Positions 53,149-64,000 of a stretch of 64,000 nucleotides of DNA are shown one piece after another. Source of the stretch: Diplonema japonicum (taxonomy: Eukaryota; Protista; Euglenozoa: Diplonemea); NCBI GenBank assembly GCA_964019335.1, contig OZ025732.1, forward strand, positions 359,604 through 423,603, read 5' to 3'. The stretch's first letter is position 1, and the number at the start of each line of letters is the position of its first letter. A program made the position numbers and the translations under genes. The notes under the pieces are model-generated. The model saw only the letters and a list, made by a program, of their open reading frames with translations. It made no database searches and was not told the origin of the DNA.

Positions 53149-54550
53149 GGGTCCCACACATTAGCCCGCTTCTACAGAAGCAGGTGGGCGCATAAAAGAG
53201 AAGGGAGTAGGAAGGAAAGGGAGGCAGAAACAGTGTTTCCCCTTTTTTTGGGGTGGGGAGCAACCTTTTTCGCCTTATGTTTCTCTCTTTATTTGTCTTG
53301 TTCTTTTTCTCCTCCCCTTATTTACGCGAAGAGAGGCAGGAGCTGGCACGACTCAGACTGCGGAGCTCTGCCATTATTCTCAGAACGGGGTTTTCGAGTT
53401 TATATGGTGGTATTTTCTTTCATTAGGCAGATCACCCATTGCAAGCAGGCACTCTTGCAGCCACTCCTTCCTCCTTCAGTGGAGCATGGCGTGTCGAGCA
53501 GCAAGCCCAAGAGAGCACGTTTCTCCGAAGAGAATATTCGCTCCGAATGAGATTTGAGCTTTTTTTTTTTCTTTCCGATAGTTAATCAACTGTTTTCCCT
53601 TTTTTTTTTTATGTGTTTCTTTTTATTCAAGTGCAATATGGTTAAGAGAATGATAACAAGCTTGTTTTTTCTTTGTGGCTGAGTAGTTGGAATTTACCTC
53701 CGCAGGTTTTTTTCTTTTGATTAATGAAAGGCAATATAATATGTTGATAGTGAATAGTTATTGCGTGAGAGGAGTAATGGTAGCATTGTTGGGCTTATCC
53801 TACAGGTTGGGCTGTGGCACAGACGATAATCAATTGACTTTCTTTTTTTTAGGCCTTTTGCTTTTTTCCCCTACTCGAGCGAAAAAACCAAAACGACAAA
53901 TCTTAACCATATTTTTACCCTCCTCCCTTTTTATGTTCTTTTCGTGTATTTTTTTCTTTTTTCTTTGGAAGGGGTTTTTTTCTTTTTACAGTGGGCGCCC
54001 CTCCCCTGCACACAGGCCTCCGTTCAATGCATTTCCGACGCCAGATCACTGGCAGGCGTTTTCTTCCCCTTTTCCCTTTGTGTTACTCCCCTTGGCACAA
54101 TCTTGTGTCTTTTTCTTCTTTTCACTTCTTTTGAATCATATGCACTGATACTCTTTAAGGGCTTAGAAAGATTTACAGACATAGGTCTTTCGCCATTGTT
54201 GCAGGAAAGGGCATGGCTACCTATGGGGGGCATTTTTCCTTTTACTTCAAGGGCAGCCTGGCTCTTTTCTGCTAAGTATTAGCAGCGGAGATATTAATGA
54301 CCGAACAGAACAGAACTACGGTATTAGCAACAGAGACGGTGTCCGGCTCACGTGGCAGGGGGGTGAGCTGAGGCGGGAATAAGTATCACCGTTGCTGGGC
54401 CGGAAGCATCTTAGGAGCTTTCCGAAGAAAGAACTAGTGTTGTCTTGCCTTTCTTCCCTCCCCTTTCCTTCAGGTAGTCCTTAGAGTACTTTGCTTTTCT
54501 TTCATTTTATTCCACCCAGGCTGGAGGGGAGAAAGTGGGGGGGCTTATCA

Positions 54551-57500
54551 ATGTCGTTGGTTGTCTCAGATGCAGGGACAACACCTGGGGCCCCGCGGCC
54601 AAGGGCAAGCTTTGCTCAGAAGGGAGCTGAAAACAGGAAGCGGTCCGTCCGAGGGTCCATGATACGCAGCCCCGGGCCTGCTCCAAAGACGCCGAAGGAC
54701 AGGCTGGTACAGGCGGCGGAGATTGCTGCTCAGGCCAAACTTGAGCACAAGGAAACAGGAAAAGGCGCGAGTGCTGATTTAGGTATGTGGCCGGACGTGT
54801 CGCCATGGAGGATGTCTGTGAGGAGGGTTTTTATCGAATCGACGGTGTTGGACAAGGTGGTCATGTTTATGATCTTCGCAAACAGCATCGCGCTCGCACT
54901 GGAGGACCCGGCACCCGGTGCGAGCAACCCCAAGATCCTTGAGGTCTTGGACATCGTCTTCTACGTCTTCTATGTCTTCGAGCTGACCGTGAAGATCGCT
55001 GCCCTCGGACCATGGGGGCATCCTAAATCATACTTCGGGTACTCTAAGACCCTCCCCTCTAAGAATGCCTCCTCTCGGCCGGTTAAAACAATAAAGATAT
55101 CGTGGTGGGGCATTCTCGACCTCACAGTTGTGATCAGCGGGACTCTGACGCTGCTCCTGCCACTGCTTCTGGGGAACGGATCGGGCGGGGAGTCGGGTCC
55201 CTTAGCAGCGCTGCGTAGCTTCCGGTTGCTACGGCCGTTGAAGGCAGTGTCCGTTCTGTCTGAAATGCGGGTCCTGATGAAGTCCATCCTCCAATCGCTC
55301 CCTAGGCTCGGCGACATGCTCCTTCTCTTCACCATGTTCCTCACCATGTTTGGCATCATGGCGGTCCAGCTCTTCAAGGGCATCATGCACAACAGATGCT
55401 ACCCGAACACATCTTTGTTCGGGCCCTCCCCCGCTTTGCACCATGTCAGGCCGTCTTCCGGTGAGGTGTCACGGGTGTGCTCTAACGCTACTGACACGAT
55501 AAAGGGCTTTTACTGCTCGTGGGGGTTGACGTGTGTGAGCGGGTCTGACAACATCGAAGGGAGGGGGAAGTCGCATTTCGACAACCTCGGTGCAAGCGTG
55601 CTCAGCCTCACCGTGTCCGTGACCAAGGAAGGTTGGACCACAATGATGTACGGTACAATGGACGGCACCAACCAGTTCGCCTCGGTGTTCTTCGTCGTTG
55701 TGACCTTCGTCGGCGCCTTCTGCATCATCAATCTCACCATCGTCATCGTGAACAACGTTTTCGACTACAACGTGGCGTACGAGGAGGCCAAGCGGAAGCT
55801 GACTGATGCGAGCGCAAGGCCGCTGCCTGAAACCTTCTACCCAGTTGGTGAGACCCCCTTGGACACCATAGTGTGGCCAGCTTCCCGAGACGCCACCGCC
55901 CTCTCTAGAGCGCAACGAAAGCTGATCCACATTGTAACGTCGCAGACCTATGAGATCCTGCTTCTCATCGTTATCCTTGGTAACGTCTTCAGCCTAGCAT
56001 TGTGGCACCACGGTATGTCGGACAACCTCTTGGACGCTGTGTTGTGGTTGAACCTCTTGTTCGCCATCTGTTTCATCCTCGATGTTTCGTTGAAGATGGC
56101 GCTTCTTGGTATCAGGCCGTACCTCTCTGTGAACTGGAACATCTTCGATATGACGATCGCGTTGATCGGGGTGGTGCATGTGGGGTTTGAAAATCCGTTT
56201 TACCATTCGGGGTCCGGGTCTGTGAAGGTCTTGCAGGTCATCAGGTCGCTACAGGTGATGCGGGTTTTGAAGGTCGTTGTTCAGTTTCCAAGGCTGAAGC
56301 GGTGGGCGAGAGTCTTCATGGAGTCATTGCGAAGCGCATTCACGCTCACTGCATTGCTGTCGCTGATCATATTTATCTACGCCCTTGTTGGAATGCAGCT
56401 ATTTGCAGGAAGGTTTTGCGACCTTCCTTACGAGGATGCAAGCGATCCTGCAACCATGCCTGGCATCCCGGGCTGGTCATACTACACGTCCTCAAAGAAC
56501 GCCACGGCACCTACGACGCTTGCTACGAAGAAGAAGGTCTGCATGCGGGCCTCCTTTGACAACGTGTTCACCGCAGCACTGTCCCTTTTCCAAATTCTAT
56601 CGGGGGAGGACTGGCAGTTGATTATGTACAATGGCATGGCTGCACGCGGCGACTACGCGGCATTGTATTTCCTCTCCTGGTATTTTATAGGAAACAGCTT
56701 GCTGCTGAACCTCTTCGTGTCGATCCTCATCAGCAGAGTGACGTCGATCAAGGAGGAGGACAACGGCATCACGCGCATCGCTGCGGAGTGGCGGGAGGAA
56801 CGACAGGCAGCATTGGAAACAACGGGCAAGCCACTGTCCACGTTTGCGAAGGCGAAGGGGGCACTGCTCAACGGATACAATAGGGCCAAGGAGGCGACAG
56901 ACAAACTCACGGAGTCGAGTAAGATCCTACCACTCAGAGAACGAATGAGGCGTGTCGTGTCAAGCACTGCAATGGAGATAGTAGTTGTTCTGGTCATCGT
57001 GCTGTCCTGTATTGTTCTCATGCTTGGTGACCCTCTACTTGCACCCGACGCGGAGCTATCTGTCACGCTGGGAAAGATCGATCTTGCGAACACCATCGTC
57101 TTCTGCGTCGAGGCGCTGATGAAAGTGCTAGCGTACGGGTTTATTCTGGGCCCCGACACCTACCTGAGAAGGGACGGCTGGAACATCTTGGACTTCATCA
57201 TCGCCGTCACGTCTCTGCTGTCGGTGGTCTTCGCGAGCACGTTGTCAAACCTCAAGATCCTCCGTGCGGTGAGGGTGCTGCGCCCTTTGCGATTCATCAA
57301 TAAGTTCTCGGGTTTGAAGCTCGTCCTAGCGTCTTTATGGCTTGCCATCCCTGCGTTAGGGATGGTGATGGTTCTGGGCGCGCTTGGCTGGCTCGTCTTC
57401 GCTATCCTCGGTGTGCAGCTTTTTTCCGGTTCGTTCTACGCCTGCACGAAGGATTCGTGGGGCGATCTGACGTCGTTCTACCCGAACAAAACAGCATGCC

Positions 57501-59611
57501 TCCTGGCGCAGGACCCCGCCACTGGGCTCCCCAGGTGGATCGCGGCTGACACCAACTTCGACAACATTTTCCACGCGTTCCTGTCGCTGTTTGAAATAGC
57601 ATCCCTTGAAGGGTGGGTCGAGATAATGTACATGGGAATGGACAGCGTTTCGCACACGGAAGCGCCTCGTGAGAACGCCCGCCCGATGGTGGCGCTGTAT
57701 TTTGTGTGGTTCGTACTTCTCGGAGCGTATTTCGTCGTGAACCTGTTCATCTCTGCATTGGTCGATGCGTTCCAAGAGCAGCGGCAGCATGAAAACGAGG
57801 GCGGTCCGTCGTTAATGTCCGAGGAGCAGAAAGGATGGGTCGCCATACAGCAGGCTTTGATGCGGCACGTCCGCACCCCGATTCAGAAGTCGGGGCTTCA
57901 GGGCGTCAGGTTGTTGTGTACAAGGGTCGTCACGTCCAAGGCCTTCGAGATGTTCATCAACTGCTGCATATTTCTGAACGTGGCGGTGCTCGGCGCGGAG
58001 CATTACGGGGAACCAGGGTGGTGGTCGGAGTTCTCGGAGGTCTGCAATTATCTTCTGGTGGGGATCTTCTGCGTTGAAGCCGGCATGAAGATCAAGAGCT
58101 ACACCGCTGCTTCGTACTTCAGGAGCACCTTGAACAGGTTCGACTTTTTCATCTGCGCTACCTCCATCATCGGTATCATTATAACCGCCGCGTCTTCGTC
58201 GTCAGTGGGCGGCATAGCTTCCGTGTTTCGCGCGCTTCGTCTCCTCCGTCTTTTACGCCTCGTCCACGCAGCGAAGGGCGTGCAGTCCCTGATTCAAACC
58301 TTGTTCCTGACCATCCCGACCATTGTAAATATCATGTCCGTGATGCTCCTTATCTTCTTCTGCTACGCTGTTCTGGGGGTGTTCTTGTTTGGGAAGGTGA
58401 AAGAGGGCAACACCCTGAACGGCAGGGCAACGTTTCGAGACTTTCCGTCTGCACTGTTACTGCTGCTTCGGATCGCGACGGGCGAGGCGTGGCCTGGGCT
58501 AATGCATGACACGGCAGTGCGCCCGCCGTTTTGCACGGACAGGATAGATGACTGCGGGAGCGTGGTGTACTCGTACTTGTATTTCACAAGCTTCGTCATT
58601 GTTGAGACTTATGTCATTCTGAATCTGTTCATCGCGGTTCTGTTGGACAGCTTTGAAGATGTCGTAGCCAACGATGTCATCGACCAGCACCTCTCTGGGA
58701 ATGACCTTGACAACTTCTTCGAGGTCTGGCGGGAGTACGACCCGCTCCAGTCGTGCCTCCTTCCCGTTGAAGACGTTCCATCGTTCATCAAAGACCTAGG
58801 CCCGCCGCTAGGAGCGGAGTCCCGCGAAGAGTCCACCTACCACATCGTGAAACGCTACCTTGCTCCGATGCAGGAGGCTGAAATCTCCAACGGGATGATC
58901 TCACAGGAGGGTCTGCTGACGCACCTCTGTCTTCTCAGCTACGAAAAAACGACCGGTGTCGTCCTCGATGCGAAGATGAAGAGGGACATGGCGGCAAGGC
59001 TCTCTGAGTCGTACAAATTGGGCAAGAAGCAGGGACCAGCTGTTGAGACGTCACATCTGAAGGACAACACTGTCGTTCTGAACCAGGCGGCCATGATGGT
59101 GCAGACCATGTGGAGGGGGAGGGTTGCTCGGGCTCGGTTCCGAAGGTTGATTCACAACGAAGCCGAGAAACAAGCGCTTTCCCTCACCGATCCAGACGAT
59201 ATCAAGACGCCAGTGAAGCAAACGCCTTCAAACCCTTCAAATCCCTTAAGTGCGAAATACAAACGTGACGACAACCCGCTGTCACCAAGCTCGACTAATG
59301 CGTTAGACGAGGCCATCTCCTTGGCGTCTATTGGGAGCTTGGACCCTTCGGACTATCTTCTATTCCAGCCAGCCGACAAGCCGAAACCCCGTTTTCCAGT
59401 CCACCGGCCTATGAGGCCCCCAAGGACGAGGCGGACCCCACGGTCACTTTCCGGGTCCTCTTCATTCGGGGTGGGTTCTTCAGTGAACCTCACGCCTGTC
59501 TCTCCAACATCTAACCCCTTGGTCCTCGCTATAAAGGATCCTGTGAATGGCGGTGCACCGGAGCTTCGCAATACGATTATCACTGACGAGGAGCTGGTGT
59601 CTTTGTTGTAA
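54551..59611 (+). CDS. Four-domain voltage-gated cation channel alpha subunit, Cav-like (EEEE filter)
   Basis: Four S4 segments (RSFRLLRPLK; RSLQVMRVLK; KILRAVRVLRPLR; RALRLLRLLR); pore loops TKEGW, SGEDW, SLEGW, TGEAW; EF-hand-like WREYDP and IQ-like VQTMWRGRVAR. Confidence 0.95.
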   Translation: MSLVVSDAGTTPGAPRPRASFAQKGAENRKRSVRGSMIRSPGPAPKTPKDRLVQAAEIAAQAKLEHKETGKGASADLGMWPDVSPWRMSVRRVFIESTVLDKVVMFMIFANSIALALEDPAPGASNPKILEVLDIVFYVFYVFELTVKIAALGPWGHPKSYFGYSKTLPSKNASSRPVKTIKISWWGILDLTVVISGTLTLLLPLLLGNGSGGESGPLAALRSFRLLRPLKAVSVLSEMRVLMKSILQSLPRLGDMLLLFTMFLTMFGIMAVQLFKGIMHNRCYPNTSLFGPSPALHHVRPSSGEVSRVCSNATDTIKGFYCSWGLTCVSGSDNIEGRGKSHFDNLGASVLSLTVSVTKEGWTTMMYGTMDGTNQFASVFFVVVTFVGAFCIINLTIVIVNNVFDYNVAYEEAKRKLTDASARPLPETFYPVGETPLDTIVWPASRDATALSRAQRKLIHIVTSQTYEILLLIVILGNVFSLALWHHGMSDNLLDAVLWLNLLFAICFILDVSLKMALLGIRPYLSVNWNIFDMTIALIGVVHVGFENPFYHSGSGSVKVLQVIRSLQVMRVLKVVVQFPRLKRWARVFMESLRSAFTLTALLSLIIFIYALVGMQLFAGRFCDLPYEDASDPATMPGIPGWSYYTSSKNATAPTTLATKKKVCMRASFDNVFTAALSLFQILSGEDWQLIMYNGMAARGDYAALYFLSWYFIGNSLLLNLFVSILISRVTSIKEEDNGITRIAAEWREERQAALETTGKPLSTFAKAKGALLNGYNRAKEATDKLTESSKILPLRERMRRVVSSTAMEIVVVLVIVLSCIVLMLGDPLLAPDAELSVTLGKIDLANTIVFCVEALMKVLAYGFILGPDTYLRRDGWNILDFIIAVTSLLSVVFASTLSNLKILRAVRVLRPLRFINKFSGLKLVLASLWLAIPALGMVMVLGALGWLVFAILGVQLFSGSFYACTKDSWGDLTSFYPNKTACLLAQDPATGLPRWIAADTNFDNIFHAFLSLFEIASLEGWVEIMYMGMDSVSHTEAPRENARPMVALYFVWFVLLGAYFVVNLFISALVDAFQEQRQHENEGGPSLMSEEQKGWVAIQQALMRHVRTPIQKSGLQGVRLLCTRVVTSKAFEMFINCCIFLNVAVLGAEHYGEPGWWSEFSEVCNYLLVGIFCVEAGMKIKSYTAASYFRSTLNRFDFFICATSIIGIIITAASSSSVGGIASVFRALRLLRLLRLVHAAKGVQSLIQTLFLTIPTIVNIMSVMLLIFFCYAVLGVFLFGKVKEGNTLNGRATFRDFPSALLLLLRIATGEAWPGLMHDTAVRPPFCTDRIDDCGSVVYSYLYFTSFVIVETYVILNLFIAVLLDSFEDVVANDVIDQHLSGNDLDNFFEVWREYDPLQSCLLPVEDVPSFIKDLGPPLGAESREESTYHIVKRYLAPMQEAEISNGMISQEGLLTHLCLLSYEKTTGVVLDAKMKRDMAARLSESYKLGKKQGPAVETSHLKDNTVVLNQAAMMVQTMWRGRVARARFRRLIHNEAEKQALSLTDPDDIKTPVKQTPSNPSNPLSAKYKRDDNPLSPSSTNALDEAISLASIGSLDPSDYLLFQPADKPKPRFPVHRPMRPPRTRRTPRSLSGSSSFGVGSSVNLTPVSPTSNPLVLAIKDPVNGGAPELRNTIITDEELVSLL

Positions 59612-59910
59612 GGAACGGGACAAGATAAAGTATAGAAAAGAAGAGAGCGCTCCTCGCACATGAGGCGTAGCTCCCCCCCTTTTTTTTGATAGACTGTTTT
59701 CATGTTTAAAAGAATAATTAAAACTTGTGGGTTTTGTGTTTTTCTCTCGAGTAAGGGGAAGTGGCAGGCAGAAGACCTGTTGGGGCGGATCCTTACTCGG
59801 CACAGAGATACAGGTTTATTATCATTTTTTAACCATATTGCATTTGGAAACGGGGAAGGGGAAAAGTAAAAGGCTGGAGGGACAGAAGAGGAAAAAGAAA
59901 AAACAAGAAA

Positions 59911-60430
59911 ATGGACATGCAGTTTGCGATGAAGGTGTTGAAGGCGTTCACAGAAGATGTGCACAGGAAGGACGTGAAGGAGGTGCACATGCTGGAGCTG
60001 AAGCACAGGAACCTGGTTCCTTGTACCTGAGGCTTCTCTTTTTGCAGTAACTGCATTTAACCGGGGCTTGTGATGTAGAGGCTTCAGGCTCAAGACCAGT
60101 ACTGCAGTAAGCTGTCGCCAACAACTGGGTCGACGCGGCGGAGACAAGATGAAGACAAGTACAAGCAACGAGTACGCACGAGGGTTGACTACATCCTGCT
60201 CAGTCCGATAGCAGCCGGTCTCGACAAATGGGGTCAGCCATCTCCTTTCAAAGACTCTTTCTTTACGTATCGCATCGATGCCCAAGCCCCTACACGAACT
60301 GATTCACCATGTCTTTTACACCACCTTGTGGTTGTGCTGGAAGCCTCATTGACCCTCCTGCGCAGGATCATCGCTCAAGAATTCAGCAAACAGGTTGGCC
60401 AATACTACCACAAGAACACGTGATTATCTT
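59911..60430 (+). pseudogene. Decayed protein kinase fragment interrupted by a LINE endonuclease remnant (about 60060-60240)
   Basis: FAMKVLK...EVHMLELKHRNLV (subdomains II-IV), later CAGSLID and FSKQV..YYHKN; the insert contains TRVDYILLSP. Confidence 0.55.
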
Positions 60431-60692
60431 TTTGAAGAAACGCATAGTTGTTGGGAGCACATAGGATTGCTTCATGGAACATCGCATGAGCAGAATAGGA
60501 CCCTCCCGAATGATCGGGATCAACATATTGAAGAGTTTGACTACAACACCCACCACTTCGTGGAGCCGACTGTGGTGGTCGTGCAGCGCCGACTTGGCAC
60601 CTTACCACGTTTTCTTTTTTACTATAGTTGGCGATGATTTTTGTTTCACCTTGATCTTATAAGATCCACCATTTAGATTAGGTAGTTTAAGA

Positions 60693-61949
60693 ATGAAGTC
60701 TCAGACTGCCATCATGATGCTCGTGGTTTGCAGTCTCATTGCGGTGACACGGCGGAAGTTCGAGAATGATAGGGAACTGGCGCTTTTGATGGAGGTTGAT
60801 AGTGGGAATGCGACAGAGCCACACGGCAGCCCTGCGCAGAGCACGACGAAGGCCTCTACTACCGCTGAGACAGACGAGACGGGGGGGATGGCGTTGTACC
60901 ATCGCTGTGTCGACGCGATAATGCACAACGGGAATGTCACAGGGTGCCCTCGGGAGCCTGTGAAACCGACACGGCTCCTGCTGCTCATTGGGGACAGCAC
61001 GGCGCGTGAGTTGGGGCGAGGCATGGACAGCGCCTACACAACAGAGACGTATACTGTTGGGGTGCGTGTTACAAAGCTCCTGCTGTTCAAACGCAAGCTT
61101 GTGACATATGAGGACGGGGTGAAGGTCACTACTACCATAGTGCTGATCGGACTGTGCAAGATCGACGACATCCGCGCTCAGCTGCTGAGGTCCGTGGAAA
61201 AGGTTCTGGAGGAGTACGGCGATCCCGATGTAGTGTACATATCAACGGGAGGGCTCCACGAGTGCACGTGGCCATGGAGGAACTCGGACCCTCTGTACGC
61301 GTCGGTGATGCAGAGAAAGATCCCTGACACCTACAAACAGGACTGGGTAGGGAGGCAGAAGGGGTTCGCAAACCAGCCCATCCTTTCCGTGGCGGTAGAC
61401 GAATATGTTGAGATTCAGAGTCCTTGCTTCATGGAGACGATTAGAAAGACGAGGCTTATGATGCCGAAGGCAGTGATGGTGTGGCGGCCATTTATCAACG
61501 CGACGGTCCTCCGCACAGGCGGTCTCGTGAGGTCGCAGCGCTTCACCCCAACGTTCTGTAAGAGGAACCAATTCTGGTCGGAGTATCGCCTGCACGTCTG
61601 TGGCCTCGTCCATGAAAGGCACAAGGGCTTCGCGAAAACCGTCCGTGGGATGGGGATCGCCATCTTGGACAACACAGCATACTACCCAGAGCATTGCACC
61701 TCAGGAGACTCCCTCCATCTCGGCCACGACTGCCAGCGCATAATCGGAAGCTTCGTGACAGACATTCAAAGGCTTGGGCAGCAGGTTATTCCCACCGCGA
61801 TAGAGGCAGATGAGAAGGCCGTGTGCACACCTGGCTATTTTAGTGAAAAGCTGAAGGCAGTCAAGCCCCTCCGCCCTTCAGAACGCCCCCCTGCAGAGGA
61901 TATAGACGGCAGCATCGAACAGTGCCGCAGGCTACGCAGCTCTGGGTGA
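60693..61949 (+). CDS. SGNH/GDSL-fold protein with N-terminal signal or anchor (PC-esterase / O-acetyltransferase-like)
   Basis: Hydrophobic N-terminus, LLLIGDSTAREL nucleophile block, GDSLH (DxxH). Confidence 0.7.
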   Translation: MKSQTAIMMLVVCSLIAVTRRKFENDRELALLMEVDSGNATEPHGSPAQSTTKASTTAETDETGGMALYHRCVDAIMHNGNVTGCPREPVKPTRLLLLIGDSTARELGRGMDSAYTTETYTVGVRVTKLLLFKRKLVTYEDGVKVTTTIVLIGLCKIDDIRAQLLRSVEKVLEEYGDPDVVYISTGGLHECTWPWRNSDPLYASVMQRKIPDTYKQDWVGRQKGFANQPILSVAVDEYVEIQSPCFMETIRKTRLMMPKAVMVWRPFINATVLRTGGLVRSQRFTPTFCKRNQFWSEYRLHVCGLVHERHKGFAKTVRGMGIAILDNTAYYPEHCTSGDSLHLGHDCQRIIGSFVTDIQRLGQQVIPTAIEADEKAVCTPGYFSEKLKAVKPLRPSERPPAEDIDGSIEQCRRLRSSG

Positions 61950-63329
61950 GTGAGGCTGTAGGACTCAAGCACACAGGCTATGTCAAGGACCTTCACTCTT
62001 TGCTTCTTTCTCCTTCCATTATTCGCCACACTTCCCACCCCTACCCGGTTACCGACGCATTAGTATGGCGCAGAAGCTGAAGAGGCTAGGCCGAGGTGCA
62101 TAATCAGGTGGACCGGGTGCTTGTGCAGGATACCGGCTTCCTTTATCTATCTTATTTTATCTTGGTCCCCTCCCCCATTTTCTTTCCCGCTCATTTTTTG
62201 TTTTATGTCATTCGCAATATCAAATCTTACATTGTGCCCAAGAGGTTACTGCTATTTTTGCGTCCTCTTTTCTTTTTAAGTCTAAACAGGAAGAAGGTGG
62301 CATTCAGTACTTATCTCAGCAATTGTTCCGTACGCAGACAAGTGCAATGATAGGTTCACCCTTTTTTTGTAACGATGGTACACTAAAGATCATTCGTTCA
62401 TTCGTGGCAGCACAGTTAGTTAGTTTGTTTCTAATTAACACACTCCGTGCTGCAGCTATAAAGTCCGATAGTGTTGTTTTCAGGCGTCTTGAATGACCTG
62501 CCTGCTACCCAAGGCCAAGGGGGTAACACAGGCCTCAGAACCTCCAGGCAGTTTTTTTCTTTTTTCTTTCTTATAAAAACTTTGCCTGTGCGAATAATAT
62601 GATGCTGAGAATTCGCTTGTGACAGCTTGTTTCACTCTGCTTAATGCAGATTCCAAGGTGTTTGTGTTGATATTCTTGACTTGGGTTTTCGTTTCGGTTA
62701 AAGAAGAAATAAATAAGTTACCTTTTCTTCTTTTGTTTTAGGGGCAGCAAGACCTTTTGGCCGGGTCAAGGTGCGTAGCGACACCTCCCCAAGCGAGTCA
62801 TTTTTGGAAAGTCTGTGCCAGGATGAGCCAAGCCTTGGCCGGCTGTCGTCAGCTGTTGCGCAACCTAACGGCAGAGCAACCGTCTCCGAACAAGGTCGCA
62901 TTGCTTCGGCAGAAAACGAAAGAAAGAGATGCCCCTCTACCTTAATTCAGCTTGACGTTATACTAATCTTTTTTGTTTCCAGGAAGTAAGAAAAAGACAG
63001 TTAAGTAAGGGCAGGACGAGGGAAAGATAAAGGAATAGAACTGTATTCGATTCATCGATAGGAATAGGGTTATACGAGCTCCATGCCAGGGGCGGCACTT
63101 CAGAAGTAGTATTCTCTTGTGCTGATGTGCTTTTTTTTATAGTTGGATGGTTCGTGTTTCCTTTTTTTTCCTCTCAGAGAAGGAGAAGGAAGCTAGTCCC
63201 GCCCGTCGTGGCTTGTTTTCATTCATACTACAGCAGGCCGACGAGTGCCAATCAGTTGTCCTCACCTTATCAACAGAAAGAATGGTGGACAGCTGCTCCG
63301 TCGATGACCCCTTTCCGGTGAGGATAAAG

Positions 63330-63460
63330 AGGTACATGTGTACTTGTTCGCTGTTGACCTCGTCGGTCACAATAACACTAGTGCTGGGCTGAGCTGCATA
63401 CCGCATTAAGACACGACGCAGAATGCAGAAGAAGCTACAGCTCGCGCCCCTGTAATCAAA
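63330..63460 (+). mobile_element. Degenerate SINE-like copy (another 3' piece at about 62068-62150)
   Basis: TTGTTCGCTGTTGACCTCGTCGGTCA...GCAGAAGAAGCTACAGCT...CCCCTGTAATCAA matches 30860-31086. Confidence 0.7.
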
Positions 63461-64000
63461 TAGTTTTTTTTTATTTTTTTGCACATCAGTTTAAGGGGCT
63501 CATCGGAATATTTCCGATCCATGTCCATGGGAGATCTTTCCCCGTTTCCCCTCTTTTTGCTCTCTCCTTTTATGCCCTACCATAGGAAGGACACTGAAGC
63601 CTTACCGTTCCTTTTTCCTCATTCATAGCAAACTTTGAACAAGGCTGTTTGCAAAAGAGTAGAGACACTCTCTAGTTTTTCTACTACTTTCTTCCTCTCG
63701 TGACCCTTGCTTTCATGCGCTCATTTTCTTTTTCGTTCTCGTCCCAGAGCACGGATGCTTTCTTTTACGACAGCGGTTCTGCATTGTCACATTGTCACAC
63801 AGGGTGAACTATGAGCGAACTATGTCCCGTATGCAGTATTCCTTCTTCTTTATTTTTATTACTGTAAAGCCGGAAGGAAGAATGCTGTGATTTTCCGGCA
63901 GCTTTTCGTTTCCCCCCCATATCACTTCAGCAACCTGCACACATCAGCCGTCGGTACTTCAAGGGTACGATCAAGGGAAGCGCCTCGGGTCCGGCGGACA

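Noticed and set aside
63860-63900. Possible TIR (TA-CTGTAAAGCCGGAA) near the window end
   Set aside because: Only 7 bp match the pogo TIR and any partner end would lie outside the window.

Overview
Eukaryotic, intron-poor DNA with every cellular gene on the + strand and pyrimidine-rich tracts before the starts. This is consistent with a trans-splicing, polycistronic protist (euglenozoan/diplonemid-like; inference only). Bases 1-48.9 kb are a rapidly evolving tandem array of ubiquitin-like (Ubl)-ankyrin genes (about 10 near-complete copies plus fragments) and Ubl-LRR genes, heavily invaded by mobile DNA. The invaders are an RT-RNase H LINE with related 3' fragments, a second LINE group with a partner SINE, a piggyBac, a pogo-like element, a TA-flanked TIR element, and at least two families of Penelope-like retroelements (PLEs). 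Bases 49-64 kb hold ordinary single-copy genes: a Dispatched-like RND protein, a four-domain EEEE voltage-gated Ca2+ channel and an SGNH-fold protein. Two observations stand out. (1) A Naiad/Chlamys-type PLE carries a Josephin (ataxin-3-like) cysteine-protease/deubiquitinase domain after its RT, a second family independently shows the same domain, and the first has inserted inside a Ubl gene. (2) The Ubl-ANK array has a near-invariant Ubl head, hypervariable ankyrin patches and mosaic recombinant copies, like a diversifying receptor library. All domain calls are by-eye motif recognition, not database searches.
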